Positions 19,564-28,755 are shown, counted from the stretch's first letter. The stretch is 64,000 nt of DNA from an uncultured Clostridia bacterium (GCA_900016865.1 FIZI01000006.1:114781-178780), one strand, 5' to 3'. Notes: generated from the letters alone by a model not told the origin. Made by a program: numbers and translations.

Positions 19564-20034
19564 GTGGCTTCGCTGGTGAGTGGTAGTGATGAGTTGCGGT
19601 CGGTTGAAGAGGACCTGTACGGATCACTGGTTGAGTCTCCTGTCGAACGAAGGCGGCGCCTGAGGCGAAGGCGAAAGCTACGTAGAGCTCACCTGATAGG
19701 TAGCATCAAAGCTGCGGTTGTATGTGGTCTTGTCCTTTGCCTGTGGCTGTATGCCCCAAGTCTGTACAAGTTAAACCAGATCCGAGGCGAGATCAGAGAT
19801 CTGCAGGCTCAGTGCCGTGAATGGGAGGAGAAAAACCAGCTGGTGATGGCAGACATCTTGTATGCCAGCAGCGATGATTTTGTGCGGTATGCAGCACGTG
19901 AGACGCTTGGGTTAGTGGACAAGGGAAGTACCTTATATGTCGCCGACTTGTCCAAAATCAACAGGGTGTCGACAGACGCAGTGGCGAGCAGAGAAACCCA
20001 GGCTTTGGCCATGAATGCACCCGACACTCACTGA
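19564..20034 (+). CDS. divIC: Septum formation initiator (DivIC/FtsB family)
   Basis: Basic stretch, one TM segment, coiled coil, ARETLGLV; lies between yabQ and yabR. Confidence 0.8.
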   Translation: MASLVSGSDELRSVEEDLYGSLVESPVERRRRLRRRRKLRRAHLIGSIKAAVVCGLVLCLWLYAPSLYKLNQIRGEIRDLQAQCREWEEKNQLVMADILYASSDDFVRYAARETLGLVDKGSTLYVADLSKINRVSTDAVASRETQALAMNAPDTH

Positions 20035-20081
20035 CCGGGGTGATTTTGGCCTGAAATCGCCTGTCTGCCTGAGAATTCTGA

Positions 20082-20110
20082 TTGACAGCACGCTTTGGCA
20101 AAAGTATAAT
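20082..20110 (+). promoter_or_regulatory. Consensus SigA promoter
   Basis: TTGACA-17 bp-TATAAT. Confidence 0.9.
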
Positions 20111-20188
20111 GTAACTTGCCTGGACGCCCGTTTTGATTGGCGTCCGTGCTAGTACCACTCACTCGGTGGACAGGGAGTCATGTGAGCA

Positions 20189-20608
20189 GTGTCAGTCCCA
20201 GTAGGAAGCATTCTTGAGGGTAAGGTTACCGGAATCACTAGTTTTGGCGCATTTGTTCAGCTAAAAGACGGTCCGACTGGTTTAGTCCACATCTCGGAGA
20301 TCTCGGATACATATGTCCGCGATATCAATGATTTCCTCAAGATCAATGACGACGTCAAGGTCAAGGTCATCTCGGTCAAAGAGGGCAAAATTGGCCTATC
20401 GATCAAGCAGGCCAATCCTGAGTACTCTGTGTCTGTGGCCGGGTTTCACAAGGATGGCGGCCGCGGCGCCCGTCGTGGATCTAGAGGCGGATCGTCGTTT
20501 GAAGACAAGATCATGAAGTTCCTCAAAGAGAGCGAGGACCGCTTAGCGGACCTCAATAGGAATACCGAATCCAAGCGCGGGGGCAGAGGCTCGCGATACT
20601 ATCGATAG
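20189..20608 (+). CDS. S1-domain RNA-binding protein (YabR-like)
   Basis: GKVTGITSFGAFV, GLVHISEI, SFEDKIMKFLKESEDRL, KRGGRG. Confidence 0.93.
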   Translation: MSVPVGSILEGKVTGITSFGAFVQLKDGPTGLVHISEISDTYVRDINDFLKINDDVKVKVISVKEGKIGLSIKQANPEYSVSVAGFHKDGGRGARRGSRGGSSFEDKIMKFLKESEDRLADLNRNTESKRGGRGSRYYR

Positions 20609-20722
20609 AGAGGACTCTTTGCCTACGTGATCCACACAGACATTCAACACGGTCAGCTCCGTTTGCTGAGCTTATCGTAGGCGAGCACTTTTTGACCTGC
20701 GTCTCATATGGTTTTGGCTCAT

Positions 20723-20755
20723 TAGGCACCCTTGTCTTGGGTGCTTATTTGTTTA
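20723..20755 (+). terminator. Probable intrinsic terminator
   Basis: TAGGCACCC/GGGTGCTTA stem plus T-rich tail. Confidence 0.6.
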
Positions 20756-20840
20756 GCTCGACAGCTACCGGATTGGACGGCGCTGTCGTAACGCCATCAG
20801 CGGCGGACAATGCTTCATCGCGGTTGGAAGTCTAGGGACG

Positions 20841-22424
20841 ATGGTCCAAGGAGAGGAGGCAGGCGAAGTGAAACGTGCTGTAGATGCGGCTCCTCATGAC
20901 TACGAGGTAGTCAGGCGCCAGATCGGCCGCGAACCAAGAGGTATGATCGGAGTGTCTAGGCGTTGCAGATTCGGATGTCCACAAGTGGTTGTCACAGAGC
21001 CGCTGTACTACTCGGATCCATCCAGCACTCCCCTGCTTTTTCCGACAACCTATTGGCTCTCCTGCCCTCATCTCTGCAGGTCTGTCAGCACACTTGAGAG
21101 CAGGGCGTTGATAGGGGCCTTCCGAAAACGAGTGCAGGCCGATCCTGATTTCGCGGCCAGGCTCAAGGCTCGCCATGAGCAGTATGCCAAAGACAGGGTT
21201 TCGATGGTGGACGCAAACGAACTGGAGCGCCTAGAAGCGTCCCATCCAAATATCCACGGGCGTCTAGTGAAGCTGGGCATCGGCGGCATTGAGGATTTTC
21301 GCGGTGTCAAGTGCCTTCATTTGCACCTCGCTGACTATCTCTCCGGTGGGAACAACCCTGTAGGTGAGGAGGTCAGCCTTATCTTGGCGAAAGAAGGCAC
21401 TCCACTTGAGTGCGAGACAGGGCTGTGCGCTCCGTGCGGAGCGAATGTGGCTGTCATCAATGTCGGAAGCAATTCTGTCAAGCTGCTGATAGCACAGGCA
21501 GGCAGATCCACGAAGGGCGATGGCTGCCTAAAAGAGGTGCTTAAGCGCGTCATCGTTACCAGACTCGCAGAGGGCATGATAGGAGGTAATGAGGGACAGA
21601 GGTCAGAGTGCAGACTCAAGAAGGAGGCAATATCGAGAGCGGCTGAAGCGGTTGAGAAGCTAGTTGCCAAAGCCCAAGAGCACAAACCTTCGACGCTCAC
21701 GGTGTTCGGCACTGCCGCAGTGCGGCAGGCAGAAAACAGAAGCGAACTAATCGCCGCTATTCGAGACCGTACAGGAGTCGAGCTCTCTGTCATCGACGAG
21801 CAAGAGGAAGCCGAGTTGTCTTATCGTGCGGCTGTAACGGTATTGCAGCACCTTCCAGATACGCACTTTGCCTTGGTAGCAGACATCGGCGGTGGAAGTA
21901 CGGAGATCACCCTGGGCCGTGGCAGGACCGTAGTTAAGTCTGTCAGCGTTGAGCTCGGAGCGCTTACCGCGCTGCCGCTTGCAGGCGTTGAACTCGACGA
22001 TGCGGGCAGGCTGCCGCCTGCACTTCTGTCTGAGCTCAGACAGCGGACTACCCGAGCTTTCGACGTGTCTGCCGGCGATCTGCTGACGAAGACGCCTGAG
22101 ATCGCAGTGGCCGGCGGGAGTGTTACTGCACTGGCGGCTCTCATGTTGGGGTTGGACAGGATGGATCCGGGAGCGGCTCACGGGTTTAGGATCACATACG
22201 ACAGCGCGGTTGCACTATTGGATGACTTATGCGCGCGCAGCAGGCACGAGAGGCTTGAGATGCGCGGCATGTTGGAACCTGAGCGGGTTGATAGCATTGT
22301 AGCAGGCTGCGCCATTTTGGTATCCCTCATGGACATAGCTCGTGCAGGCCATATTGTGGTCAGCGAGTACGGTGTATTGGAGGGAATGGCGTACCTGGAG
22401 CTCACTTGCAGCTCGAGGCTATGA
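20841..22424 (+). CDS. DUF501 - Ppx/GppA phosphatase fusion protein
   Basis: N-half FPTTYWLSCP, GIGG, VKCLH...NPVG (DUF501); C-half GSNS, EEA, DIGGGSTE (Ppx/GppA); start may be GTG 20868. Confidence 0.85.
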   Translation: MVQGEEAGEVKRAVDAAPHDYEVVRRQIGREPRGMIGVSRRCRFGCPQVVVTEPLYYSDPSSTPLLFPTTYWLSCPHLCRSVSTLESRALIGAFRKRVQADPDFAARLKARHEQYAKDRVSMVDANELERLEASHPNIHGRLVKLGIGGIEDFRGVKCLHLHLADYLSGGNNPVGEEVSLILAKEGTPLECETGLCAPCGANVAVINVGSNSVKLLIAQAGRSTKGDGCLKEVLKRVIVTRLAEGMIGGNEGQRSECRLKKEAISRAAEAVEKLVAKAQEHKPSTLTVFGTAAVRQAENRSELIAAIRDRTGVELSVIDEQEEAELSYRAAVTVLQHLPDTHFALVADIGGGSTEITLGRGRTVVKSVSVELGALTALPLAGVELDDAGRLPPALLSELRQRTTRAFDVSAGDLLTKTPEIAVAGGSVTALAALMLGLDRMDPGAAHGFRITYDSAVALLDDLCARSRHERLEMRGMLEPERVDSIVAGCAILVSLMDIARAGHIVVSEYGVLEGMAYLELTCSSRL

Positions 22425-22470
22425 GCGAAAAGAGCGACTCGGATTCAGCCTTGACCTGGGCGATGTCTGC

Positions 22471-22499
22471 TTGCGAATTGCCCCCGTGGGTGGTAGAAT
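22471..22499 (+). promoter_or_regulatory. SigA promoter for tRNA-Leu
   Basis: TTGCGA-17 bp-TAGAAT with TG extension. Confidence 0.7.
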
Positions 22500-22515
22500 T
22501 GTTGATAGAAGTCGT

Positions 22516-22603
22516 GCCCGAGTGGCGGAACCGGTAGACGCAAGGGACTTAAAATCCCTTGAGCAGTTTGCTCGTGTGGGTTCGAGTCCCACCTCGGGTA
22601 CCA
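22516..22603 (+). tRNA. tRNA-Leu (TAA)
   Basis: GCCCGAG acceptor, AGGGA-CT-TAA-AA-TCCCT, long variable arm, GGTTCGAGTCC, CCA end. Confidence 0.97.
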
Positions 22604-22757
22604 TACACATCACCGGGTCCTTGAGGTGGCCGTTTACGGCCACTGTTCGTCTATAGATGTGCAGCAGTCCGAGGAGGCCGTTAGTCATGTGTTTCAGTGT
22701 GGTGTTTTACCTCGGATATCTACTGGTTAAACCGAATGCCTCCTGCCTCGAGTTGAT

Positions 22758-23237
22758 GTGACTATGGCAGCAGGGAATGATCTATCCAGCCTTAGGCATG
22801 CCTTGGATCAGGCCTACAGGTACCTATCGATTCGAGCTAGAAGCATTCTTGAGATAAGGAACTACCTCTCTAGAAAGGGTCATTCAGAGCCTGTCATCGA
22901 AGAGGCAATCAAGCGCCTGGAGGATTACGGCTACGTAGACGACATGCAATTCGCAAAGCAGTTCGTAGACTCGAAAGACGGCTGGGGATCTCGTCGCCTG
23001 TTATTTGAACTCAGGCGCAAAGGCATTGATCAGGCGATTATCGATGAAGTGATGCCCGGCACGTCAGTTGAAATAGAAAGGTGTCGTCGTCTGGCAGTCG
23101 CTTACTTGAGGAAGCTAGGGCCTGAGCCGGATCAGGCAGGTCAAAGACGACTTTGGTCGTATCTCATGCGAAGGGGATTCTCTCGCGAGGCTATCGAGTC
23201 TGCGATCAGATGGACGGACGAAAGCCAAGAGAGGTGA
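22758..23237 (+). CDS. recX: Regulatory protein RecX
   Basis: YLSIRARS..EIR..L..KG, GYVDD..FA, ELRRKGI, L.RRGF. Confidence 0.92.
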   Translation: MTMAAGNDLSSLRHALDQAYRYLSIRARSILEIRNYLSRKGHSEPVIEEAIKRLEDYGYVDDMQFAKQFVDSKDGWGSRRLLFELRRKGIDQAIIDEVMPGTSVEIERCRRLAVAYLRKLGPEPDQAGQRRLWSYLMRRGFSREAIESAIRWTDESQER

Positions 23238-23241
23238 TCCC

Positions 23242-23970
23242 TTGAGGGTTTTTGCGATTTCGGACTTGCATCTATCCGGGGCTGTTGACAAGCCTATGGA
23301 TATCTTCGGTGAGGAGTGGGAGAACCACGCTGAGCGGATAGCTCGCAATTGGGATTTGGAGGTCGGCTCCAGTGACCTTGTTCTCATTCCGGGCGATATC
23401 AGCTGGGCTATGACTCTGAATGAGGCCAAGCCTGATCTTTCCTGGATTGCAGATCGTCCCGGGCTAAAGGTCATGGTAAGAGGCAACCATGACTACTGGT
23501 GGTCATCCATCTCAAGGGTGCGTGCGGCGCTCGAGCCTGGTGTCTATGCACTCCAAAACGATTCGATCGCCTTTGGTCATGTAGTTGTCTGTGGGACAAG
23601 AGGGTGGGTGCTTAGGGACAACCCGGACTTCACTGATCACGACGAGAAGATCCTTGCCCGAGAGGTTCTACGGCTTCGCATGTCGCTCGATTCGGCTGTT
23701 GAAAAGAGGTCCGAGATAGAGCGCACATTCGGGCGGCCTGCTGTGGTCATCGCGATGCTGCACTACCCTCCTGTTGTTGGTAGCAACGATGAGTCCGAGT
23801 TTGCTCGCGTGTTGAGTGAGTATGGAGTGGACCACTGCGTATATGGCCATCTTCACGGCGAAGCAACGGCTGTCGGTTTTGAAGGAGTGTTTGAATCAGT
23901 GCATTACTGGTTGGTCTCTGCTGATCACCTGAGGTTCAGACCTGGGTTTTTGTTTGAAGAGCAGGAGTAG
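23242..23970 (+). CDS. Metallophosphoesterase (calcineurin-like)
   Basis: DLH, GDISW, GNHD, HYPP, GHLH. Confidence 0.93.
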   Translation: MRVFAISDLHLSGAVDKPMDIFGEEWENHAERIARNWDLEVGSSDLVLIPGDISWAMTLNEAKPDLSWIADRPGLKVMVRGNHDYWWSSISRVRAALEPGVYALQNDSIAFGHVVVCGTRGWVLRDNPDFTDHDEKILAREVLRLRMSLDSAVEKRSEIERTFGRPAVVIAMLHYPPVVGSNDESEFARVLSEYGVDHCVYGHLHGEATAVGFEGVFESVHYWLVSADHLRFRPGFLFEEQE

Positions 23971-24006
23971 CCTGGCAAGCTCAGCACAGAGGTAGGAGGG
24001 CCTGGA

Positions 24007-24306
24007 GTGGAGATTTATCGCAAGCTAAACAAAGGCAAGTGGGAACGACCAAGTGACAAGATGGCTGTATACACAGAGATAGAAAAGGGAAAGACGTGGG
24101 GAATACGAGTCACCTTGATCGATGACTACGCTCGCGTCGAGGCGATCAACGGCCCCAAGTGCGTCTGGTACAATGCGCCTCCAGAGCTCTCTGCAGAGGT
24201 GAGGCCTCCTAGCATCCTGGAGCGGATTCGCGGCATAACGTTTGCTGACAAACTTTTCGCAGAAGTGGAGCAGAAGCGAGAGGTCGCTCGTAGGAAAAGC
24301 CTGTAA
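24007..24306 (+). CDS. Hypothetical protein
   Basis: 99-aa ORF with GGAGG RBS and protein-like composition; family not recognised. Confidence 0.7.
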   Translation: MEIYRKLNKGKWERPSDKMAVYTEIEKGKTWGIRVTLIDDYARVEAINGPKCVWYNAPPELSAEVRPPSILERIRGITFADKLFAEVEQKREVARRKSL

Positions 24307-24387
24307 AGCGCCTCGTGTCTAGAGATATAGAGATGCTGGGCCGTGCCTACGCTGGCCGGAAGGAATGATTCCGAGTCAATTTTCTCT

Positions 24388-24416
24388 TGCCCAGCGAGCA
24401 ATTCACGGGTATAATG
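24388..24416 (+). promoter_or_regulatory. SigA promoter of the leader/CD3324-like unit
   Basis: TTGCCC-17 bp-TATAAT. Confidence 0.7.
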
Positions 24417-24487
24417 CAGTCGAGGTCAATGTTTGGCCGTGTTTTCATTCATTGATTTATACTGGATTGAGAGAGGAGGTGGGCCAC

Positions 24488-24766
24488 GTGGAGAGGCGCC
24501 GCATTATCACACACATTCGGACAATAGGCATGGCGGATAGCTTTGGACTGGCGTATCGCAGTTTTACGCGCCTTCTTGCCCGCTGCGCCGCGAGTGTGAT
24601 TGTGCTACTGGGACTTAGGTCTAGTCGCGTTATTGCCACATCCAATGTGTCTCTGAGTGCTTCGGACTTGTACAGCGGGCGCGGTCTGTCTGTTGCAGAT
24701 CGGACCGATAACTCTCATAGCGTTGGCCTACTTCCGGTGGTTCTCGTGCTCAATCAAGGTGGATGA
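24488..24766 (+). CDS. Putative 92-aa leader (attenuator) peptide
   Basis: Strong SD GAGGAGGT, GTG start, ends ...NQGG* 23 nt before a terminator. Confidence 0.55.
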   Translation: MERRRIITHIRTIGMADSFGLAYRSFTRLLARCAASVIVLLGLRSSRVIATSNVSLSASDLYSGRGLSVADRTDNSHSVGLLPVVLVLNQGG

Positions 24767-24789
24767 CATCTGTTAAGAGCAGCCGTATC

Positions 24790-24821
24790 AAGCCCACCGG
24801 ATTACACCGGTGGGCTTTTTT
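24790..24821 (+). terminator. Attenuator terminator
   Basis: AAGCCCACCGG/CCGGTGGGCTT stem ending in a T6 run. Confidence 0.9.
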
Positions 24822-24869
24822 GAGGCCAACGCTCGCACCCAAGACTTCGGAAAGGGGTACGTTGGCTTC

Positions 24870-25148
24870 ATGTATAAGAACGCAATGGACATCCTGCCAA
24901 AAAGCTTACTGGAGCAGGTCCAGAAGTATGTCCAAGGGCAAGAGATATACATACCAAAGCGATCCCAGACGCGGCTCAGATGGGGAGAGGCGAACGGCAC
25001 ACGCAAACAGCTTGATATGCGCAATCGAGCAATAGTGTCGAGGTACATGCGGGGAGAGAGCATAGAATCACTGATGGAGGAGTTCCACCTGAGCTACGAC
25101 AGCATTCGCAAGATCGTCCGAAAGGGCAAGAAAGAACTGTTCAGATAG
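24870..25148 (+). CDS. CD3324-family / Mor-like HTH protein
   Basis: MYKNAMDILPKSLLEQVQKYVQGQEIYIP...WGE..G...RN..I...G.SI..L...FHLSYDSIRKIV. Confidence 0.85.
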   Translation: MYKNAMDILPKSLLEQVQKYVQGQEIYIPKRSQTRLRWGEANGTRKQLDMRNRAIVSRYMRGESIESLMEEFHLSYDSIRKIVRKGKKELFR

Positions 25149-25236
25149 ATTTTCGGCCGTTTCTGCGTCCAGAAACCGTGTATAATAGGCGTGGGAGAAG
25201 GCTCTATACTAGCTCCCAAGAGGGAGGTGGTTGACT

Positions 25237-25266
25237 ATGATCAACCAGAGGTGGTGGGAGGCCTAG
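25237..25266 (+). CDS. Putative Trp-Trp leader peptide MINQRWWEA
   Basis: SD GGGAGGTG then ATG ATC AAC CAG AGG TGG TGG GAG GCC TAG; TATAAT at 25181; terminator downstream. Confidence 0.6.
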   Translation: MINQRWWEA

Positions 25267-25298
25267 CCTCCTTGAGAGCCAGGCTTCTCATGTCTGGG

Positions 25299-25336
25299 AC
25301 TGCGGGCGCCGTGCCTTCGGCGCCCGCAGTTGTCTT
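25299..25336 (+). terminator. Intrinsic terminator after the Trp leader
   Basis: 13-bp perfect stem ACTGCGGGCGCCG/CGGCGCCCGCAGT plus TGTCTTT. Confidence 0.8.
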
Positions 25337-25458
25337 TGATCCGTGCATTTTCAGGGGCTGCTTGGTGGTTGTCACAGGTTCTGGCCATACATGTTTATGT
25401 TTTGTCTTAGACATTGTGTAGCCGTTGTTGTGCCATGACGAGTCTGCATAGATCTACG

Positions 25459-25487
25459 TTGACTGAGGTGCTTTGATACTGTATAAT
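25459..25487 (+). promoter_or_regulatory. SigA promoter of pflBA
   Basis: TTGACT-17 bp-TATAAT. Confidence 0.85.
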
Positions 25488-25511
25488 CATGTTGAAGGGA
25501 AATCAATAGAG

Positions 25512-25609
25512 GGCCGTGCGACTGGCGGTTTGAGTGGAATTGACCACGAGGGAGCACGGTCAGGATGCTTGATCGCCGACCGCCTGGGCAGCCTTGTCCA
25601 GGCGGTTTT
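25512..25609 (+). ncRNA. ZMP/ZTP (pfl) riboswitch with terminator expression platform
   Basis: GCCGTGCGACTGGCG...GTGG/CCAC...GGGAGCACGG...GCCGACCGCCTGGGCA, overlapping the terminator ACCGCCTGGGCA/TGTCCAGGCGGT-TTT; lies upstream of pflB. Confidence 0.93.
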
Positions 25610-25651
25610 GCATACCCCTGGCAGGGCGTGTTTTCGACTGGAGGGGTAGGT

Positions 25652-27964
25652 ATGCGCGATTTTGAGTATCCACAGTGGGACTCGTTCTCCAAAGGGCCGT
25701 GGTGTGCAGCTATTGATGTCAGGGACTTCATAGTCCGCAACTACACACCATACACAGGCGACGAGTCCTTTCTTGTTGGCCCGACGAGCAGAACCAGACA
25801 GCTGTGGCATAGGTGCATGGAGCTATTGGACCAGGAGCGTAGTGCGGGCGGTGTGCTAGACATCGACACCAGCCGTGTGGCTTCTATCACTGCTTTTGAC
25901 CCAGGTTACATCGATCCGGATAATGAGGTGATCGTTGGTCTACAGACTGATGCTCCGCTCAAGAGGATGATAAATCCCTGGGGCGGGTGGAGGATGGTGG
26001 AGCAGGCCTGTAGAGCCTATGGCCGCGAAGTTGATCCTCGGGTAAAGCAGGTATTTACGCGATTTCGCAGGACCCACAATGACGGTGTATACGCAGTCTA
26101 CACCCAGCAGATGCGGAAAGCCAGGCATAACGGCCTTATCACAGGTCTCCCAGACGCATACGGAAGAGGAAGGATAATCGGGGACTACAGGCGAGTGGCT
26201 CTGTACGGTGTCGATAGGCTCATAGCTGAGAAAAAAGACGACCTTCGCAGGTATGAGTCGAGCATGAGTGACGATGTCATCCGAATCCGAGAGGAGATAC
26301 ATGACCAGATTGACGCGCTCCACCAATTGAAAGAAATGGCCGAAACTTATGGCTTTGATATATCGGGGCCAGCAGGTACTGCCAAAGAGGCCGTGCAGTG
26401 GCTCTACTTTGCGTACCTGGCGGCAGTAAAGGAGCAAAACGGCGCTGCGATGTCGCTTGGCCGAAATACCGCTTTTCTCGATATTTACATTGAGCGAGAC
26501 ATAGAGCGCGGCCTATTGGACGAAGCCGGAGCCCAAGAGCTCATTGATCAATTGGTCATTAAGCTGAGAATGGTTCGCCATCTCAGGACTCCTGAGTATA
26601 ACGAACTGTTTGCGGGCGATCCAACCTGGATTACAGAAGCCATCGGCGGTATGTGCCTTGACGGGCGCCCAATGGTTACAAAGACATCGTACAGGTTTCT
26701 TCACACGCTTAGAACACTCGGGCCGTCTCCTGAGCCAAACCTGACTGTGTTGTGGTCGACGCAGCTTCCGGAGAACTTCAAGCAGTACTGCTGTTCTTTG
26801 TCAGTGGAGACGTCGGCAGTACAATACGAGAACGATGACCTAATGCGGCCTTTGTATGGAGATGATTACTCGATCTCCTGCTGTGTCTCAGCAATGAAGA
26901 CCGGCAAGCAGATGCAGTACTTCGGAGCGAGAGTCAACTTGCCGAAAGCACTGCTCCTGTCTATCAACGGCGGCAGAGATGAGATGACAGGAGATATGCT
27001 GATTCCTTCAGTGCCTCCGCTGCCTGATGGCCCATTGGACTACTCTGAAGTCATGGAACGGTTCAAGTTGGTTCTAGGAGAGCTGTGCACTCTATACGTA
27101 AACACCATGAATTGCATTCACTACATGCACGACAAGTATCACTACGAGAAGCTGCAAATGGCTCTCCATGACACCGATGTAGAGCGGCTCATGGCTTTTG
27201 GCGTAGCCGGCTTGTCTGTGGTGGTGGACTCGTTGAGCGCCATAAAGCACGGGATGGTTCATGTCCGGAGAGATGACCGAGGGTTGGCTGTAGACTTCAC
27301 AAACGAGGCCTCCTTCCCTTGCTTCGGCAACGGAGACGACAGAGTTGACTCAATAGCAGTAGAGGTCCTGGAGCTGTTCCTGTCGGCTTTGAGGAAGAAC
27401 CGGATTTACAGAAACGCAGTTCCTACGGTCTCGGTCTTGACTATTACCTCCAACGTCGTCTATGGCAAGAAGACTGGCTCAACCCCTGACGGAAGGAAGG
27501 AAGGTGAACCGTTCGCTCCGGGAGCAAACCCGATGCACGGCCGTGAAGTCAGCGGAGCGTTGATGTCTATGCTTTCACTGACCAGGCTTCCGTATCGAAC
27601 CTGCCGTGACGGGATTTCTTACACCTTTTCGATTGCACCTTCTGGATTGGGAGAGACGGCAGAGGACCGGGTCAGCAATCTTTCCAGGATTCTGGATGGG
27701 TACATGGAGAACGGTGGACACCACGTGAACGTCAATGTCATTGATCGCGAGACGCTGATCGATGCGATGGAACATCCCGAGAGATATCCGGGGCTGACTA
27801 TTCGCGTCTCCGGATATGCGGTTGCCTTTACCAAGCTTACAAGAGAGCAGCAGCTCGAGGTGATTCAGAGGACCTATCACCAGGACCTTGACCGATATAC
27901 GGATCAGCCAAGTAGGCGCAGAGAAGCCGGCCGACCCGCTGATTTGGTAGCCGTGGCCTGGTAA
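25652..27964 (+). CDS. pflB: Pyruvate formate-lyase
   Basis: [17 protein letters not shown], catalytic CCVS, glycyl-radical loop RVSGY; ATG after GGAGG. Confidence 0.98.
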   Translation: MRDFEYPQWDSFSKGPWCAAIDVRDFIVRNYTPYTGDESFLVGPTSRTRQLWHRCMELLDQERSAGGVLDIDTSRVASITAFDPGYIDPDNEVIVGLQTDAPLKRMINPWGGWRMVEQACRAYGREVDPRVKQVFTRFRRTHNDGVYAVYTQQMRKARHNGLITGLPDAYGRGRIIGDYRRVALYGVDRLIAEKKDDLRRYESSMSDDVIRIREEIHDQIDALHQLKEMAETYGFDISGPAGTAKEAVQWLYFAYLAAVKEQNGAAMSLGRNTAFLDIYIERDIERGLLDEAGAQELIDQLVIKLRMVRHLRTPEYNELFAGDPTWITEAIGGMCLDGRPMVTKTSYRFLHTLRTLGPSPEPNLTVLWSTQLPENFKQYCCSLSVETSAVQYENDDLMRPLYGDDYSISCCVSAMKTGKQMQYFGARVNLPKALLLSINGGRDEMTGDMLIPSVPPLPDGPLDYSEVMERFKLVLGELCTLYVNTMNCIHYMHDKYHYEKLQMALHDTDVERLMAFGVAGLSVVVDSLSAIKHGMVHVRRDDRGLAVDFTNEASFPCFGNGDDRVDSIAVEVLELFLSALRKNRIYRNAVPTVSVLTITSNVVYGKKTGSTPDGRKEGEPFAPGANPMHGREVSGALMSMLSLTRLPYRTCRDGISYTFSIAPSGLGETAEDRVSNLSRILDGYMENGGHHVNVNVIDRETLIDAMEHPERYPGLTIRVSGYAVAFTKLTREQQLEVIQRTYHQDLDRYTDQPSRRREAGRPADLVAVAW

Positions 27965-27978
27965 TCGGGGGTGATCGC

Positions 27979-28755
27979 ATGCAGGTGACCAGCAGACATG
28001 GATTGCAGGTGAATTCGATTGAATCCATGAGTGTCGTCGACGGCCCCGGGATGCGGTTTGTCGTATTTGCTCAGGGATGCCCTCTGAGGTGCAAGTTCTG
28101 TCACAATCCGGAGACTTGGGGCCTGCACGGGGGGTCGTTCGTTGGGTATGACGACCTATTGAACAAGCTCGACCAGTGCAGGAGATTTATTCCACAGCTG
28201 GGCCTTACCATAAGCGGAGGCGAACCGCTTATGCAGGCTCGGTCCTGCCGTGAGCTCCTAATGAAAGCCAAGGAGAGAGGGGTGCACACGGCACTTGATA
28301 CCTCCGGGTTTGGGGATGAAGACGAGTTCAAGAGCCTGCTCCCATTTGTCGATGTGTTGCTCTATGATATCAAGGCTGTTGATTCGGAGCTCCATATCGA
28401 CATGACCGGGCTGTCGAATACCCAGATCCTCAAAAACCTTGAAACTGCGTCAGCGCACGGCAAGAAGCTGTGGATCCGCAGGATTCTTGTTCCAAACGTC
28501 AACGACTCGCCGGAGGAAGCCGCGAATCTGGGATCGTTGATCAGGGATTGTGCTCGCTACGGAAACATTGAGAGAGTTGACGTGAACCCATACCATCGCA
28601 TGGGCCTTGAGAAGTGGGAACGCCTGGGCGTGGTCTGCCCGTACTCCCATGTGAAGCCGCCGACTCAAGCGGCGGTTGAGTCCTTCAGGGGCATGGTGAC
28701 GGCTGAGGCCGGGCTGCGTCGGTTTGACACCGCTCAACGTGCACGCGTATCATAG
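27979..28755 (+). CDS. pflA: PFL-activating enzyme
   Basis: VDGPG.R, GCPLRCKFCHNP, SGGEP, HTALDTSG. Confidence 0.96.
   Translation: MQVTSRHGLQVNSIESMSVVDGPGMRFVVFAQGCPLRCKFCHNPETWGLHGGSFVGYDDLLNKLDQCRRFIPQLGLTISGGEPLMQARSCRELLMKAKERGVHTALDTSGFGDEDEFKSLLPFVDVLLYDIKAVDSELHIDMTGLSNTQILKNLETASAHGKKLWIRRILVPNVNDSPEEAANLGSLIRDCARYGNIERVDVNPYHRMGLEKWERLGVVCPYSHVKPPTQAAVESFRGMVTAEAGLRRFDTAQRARVS

Noticed and set aside
25191-25421. 76-aa ORF spanning the Trp leader region
   Set aside because: It starts ~5 nt after the -10 with no SD and runs through the terminator; the 9-aa ORF has the strong SD
25565-25651. N-terminal extension of PflB in the ORF track
   Set aside because: It overlaps the riboswitch terminator; the SD supports ATG 25652. 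Similar over-long starts were trimmed for rplU, minC, mreB, rnfD, yabQ and the TIGR03936-like gene
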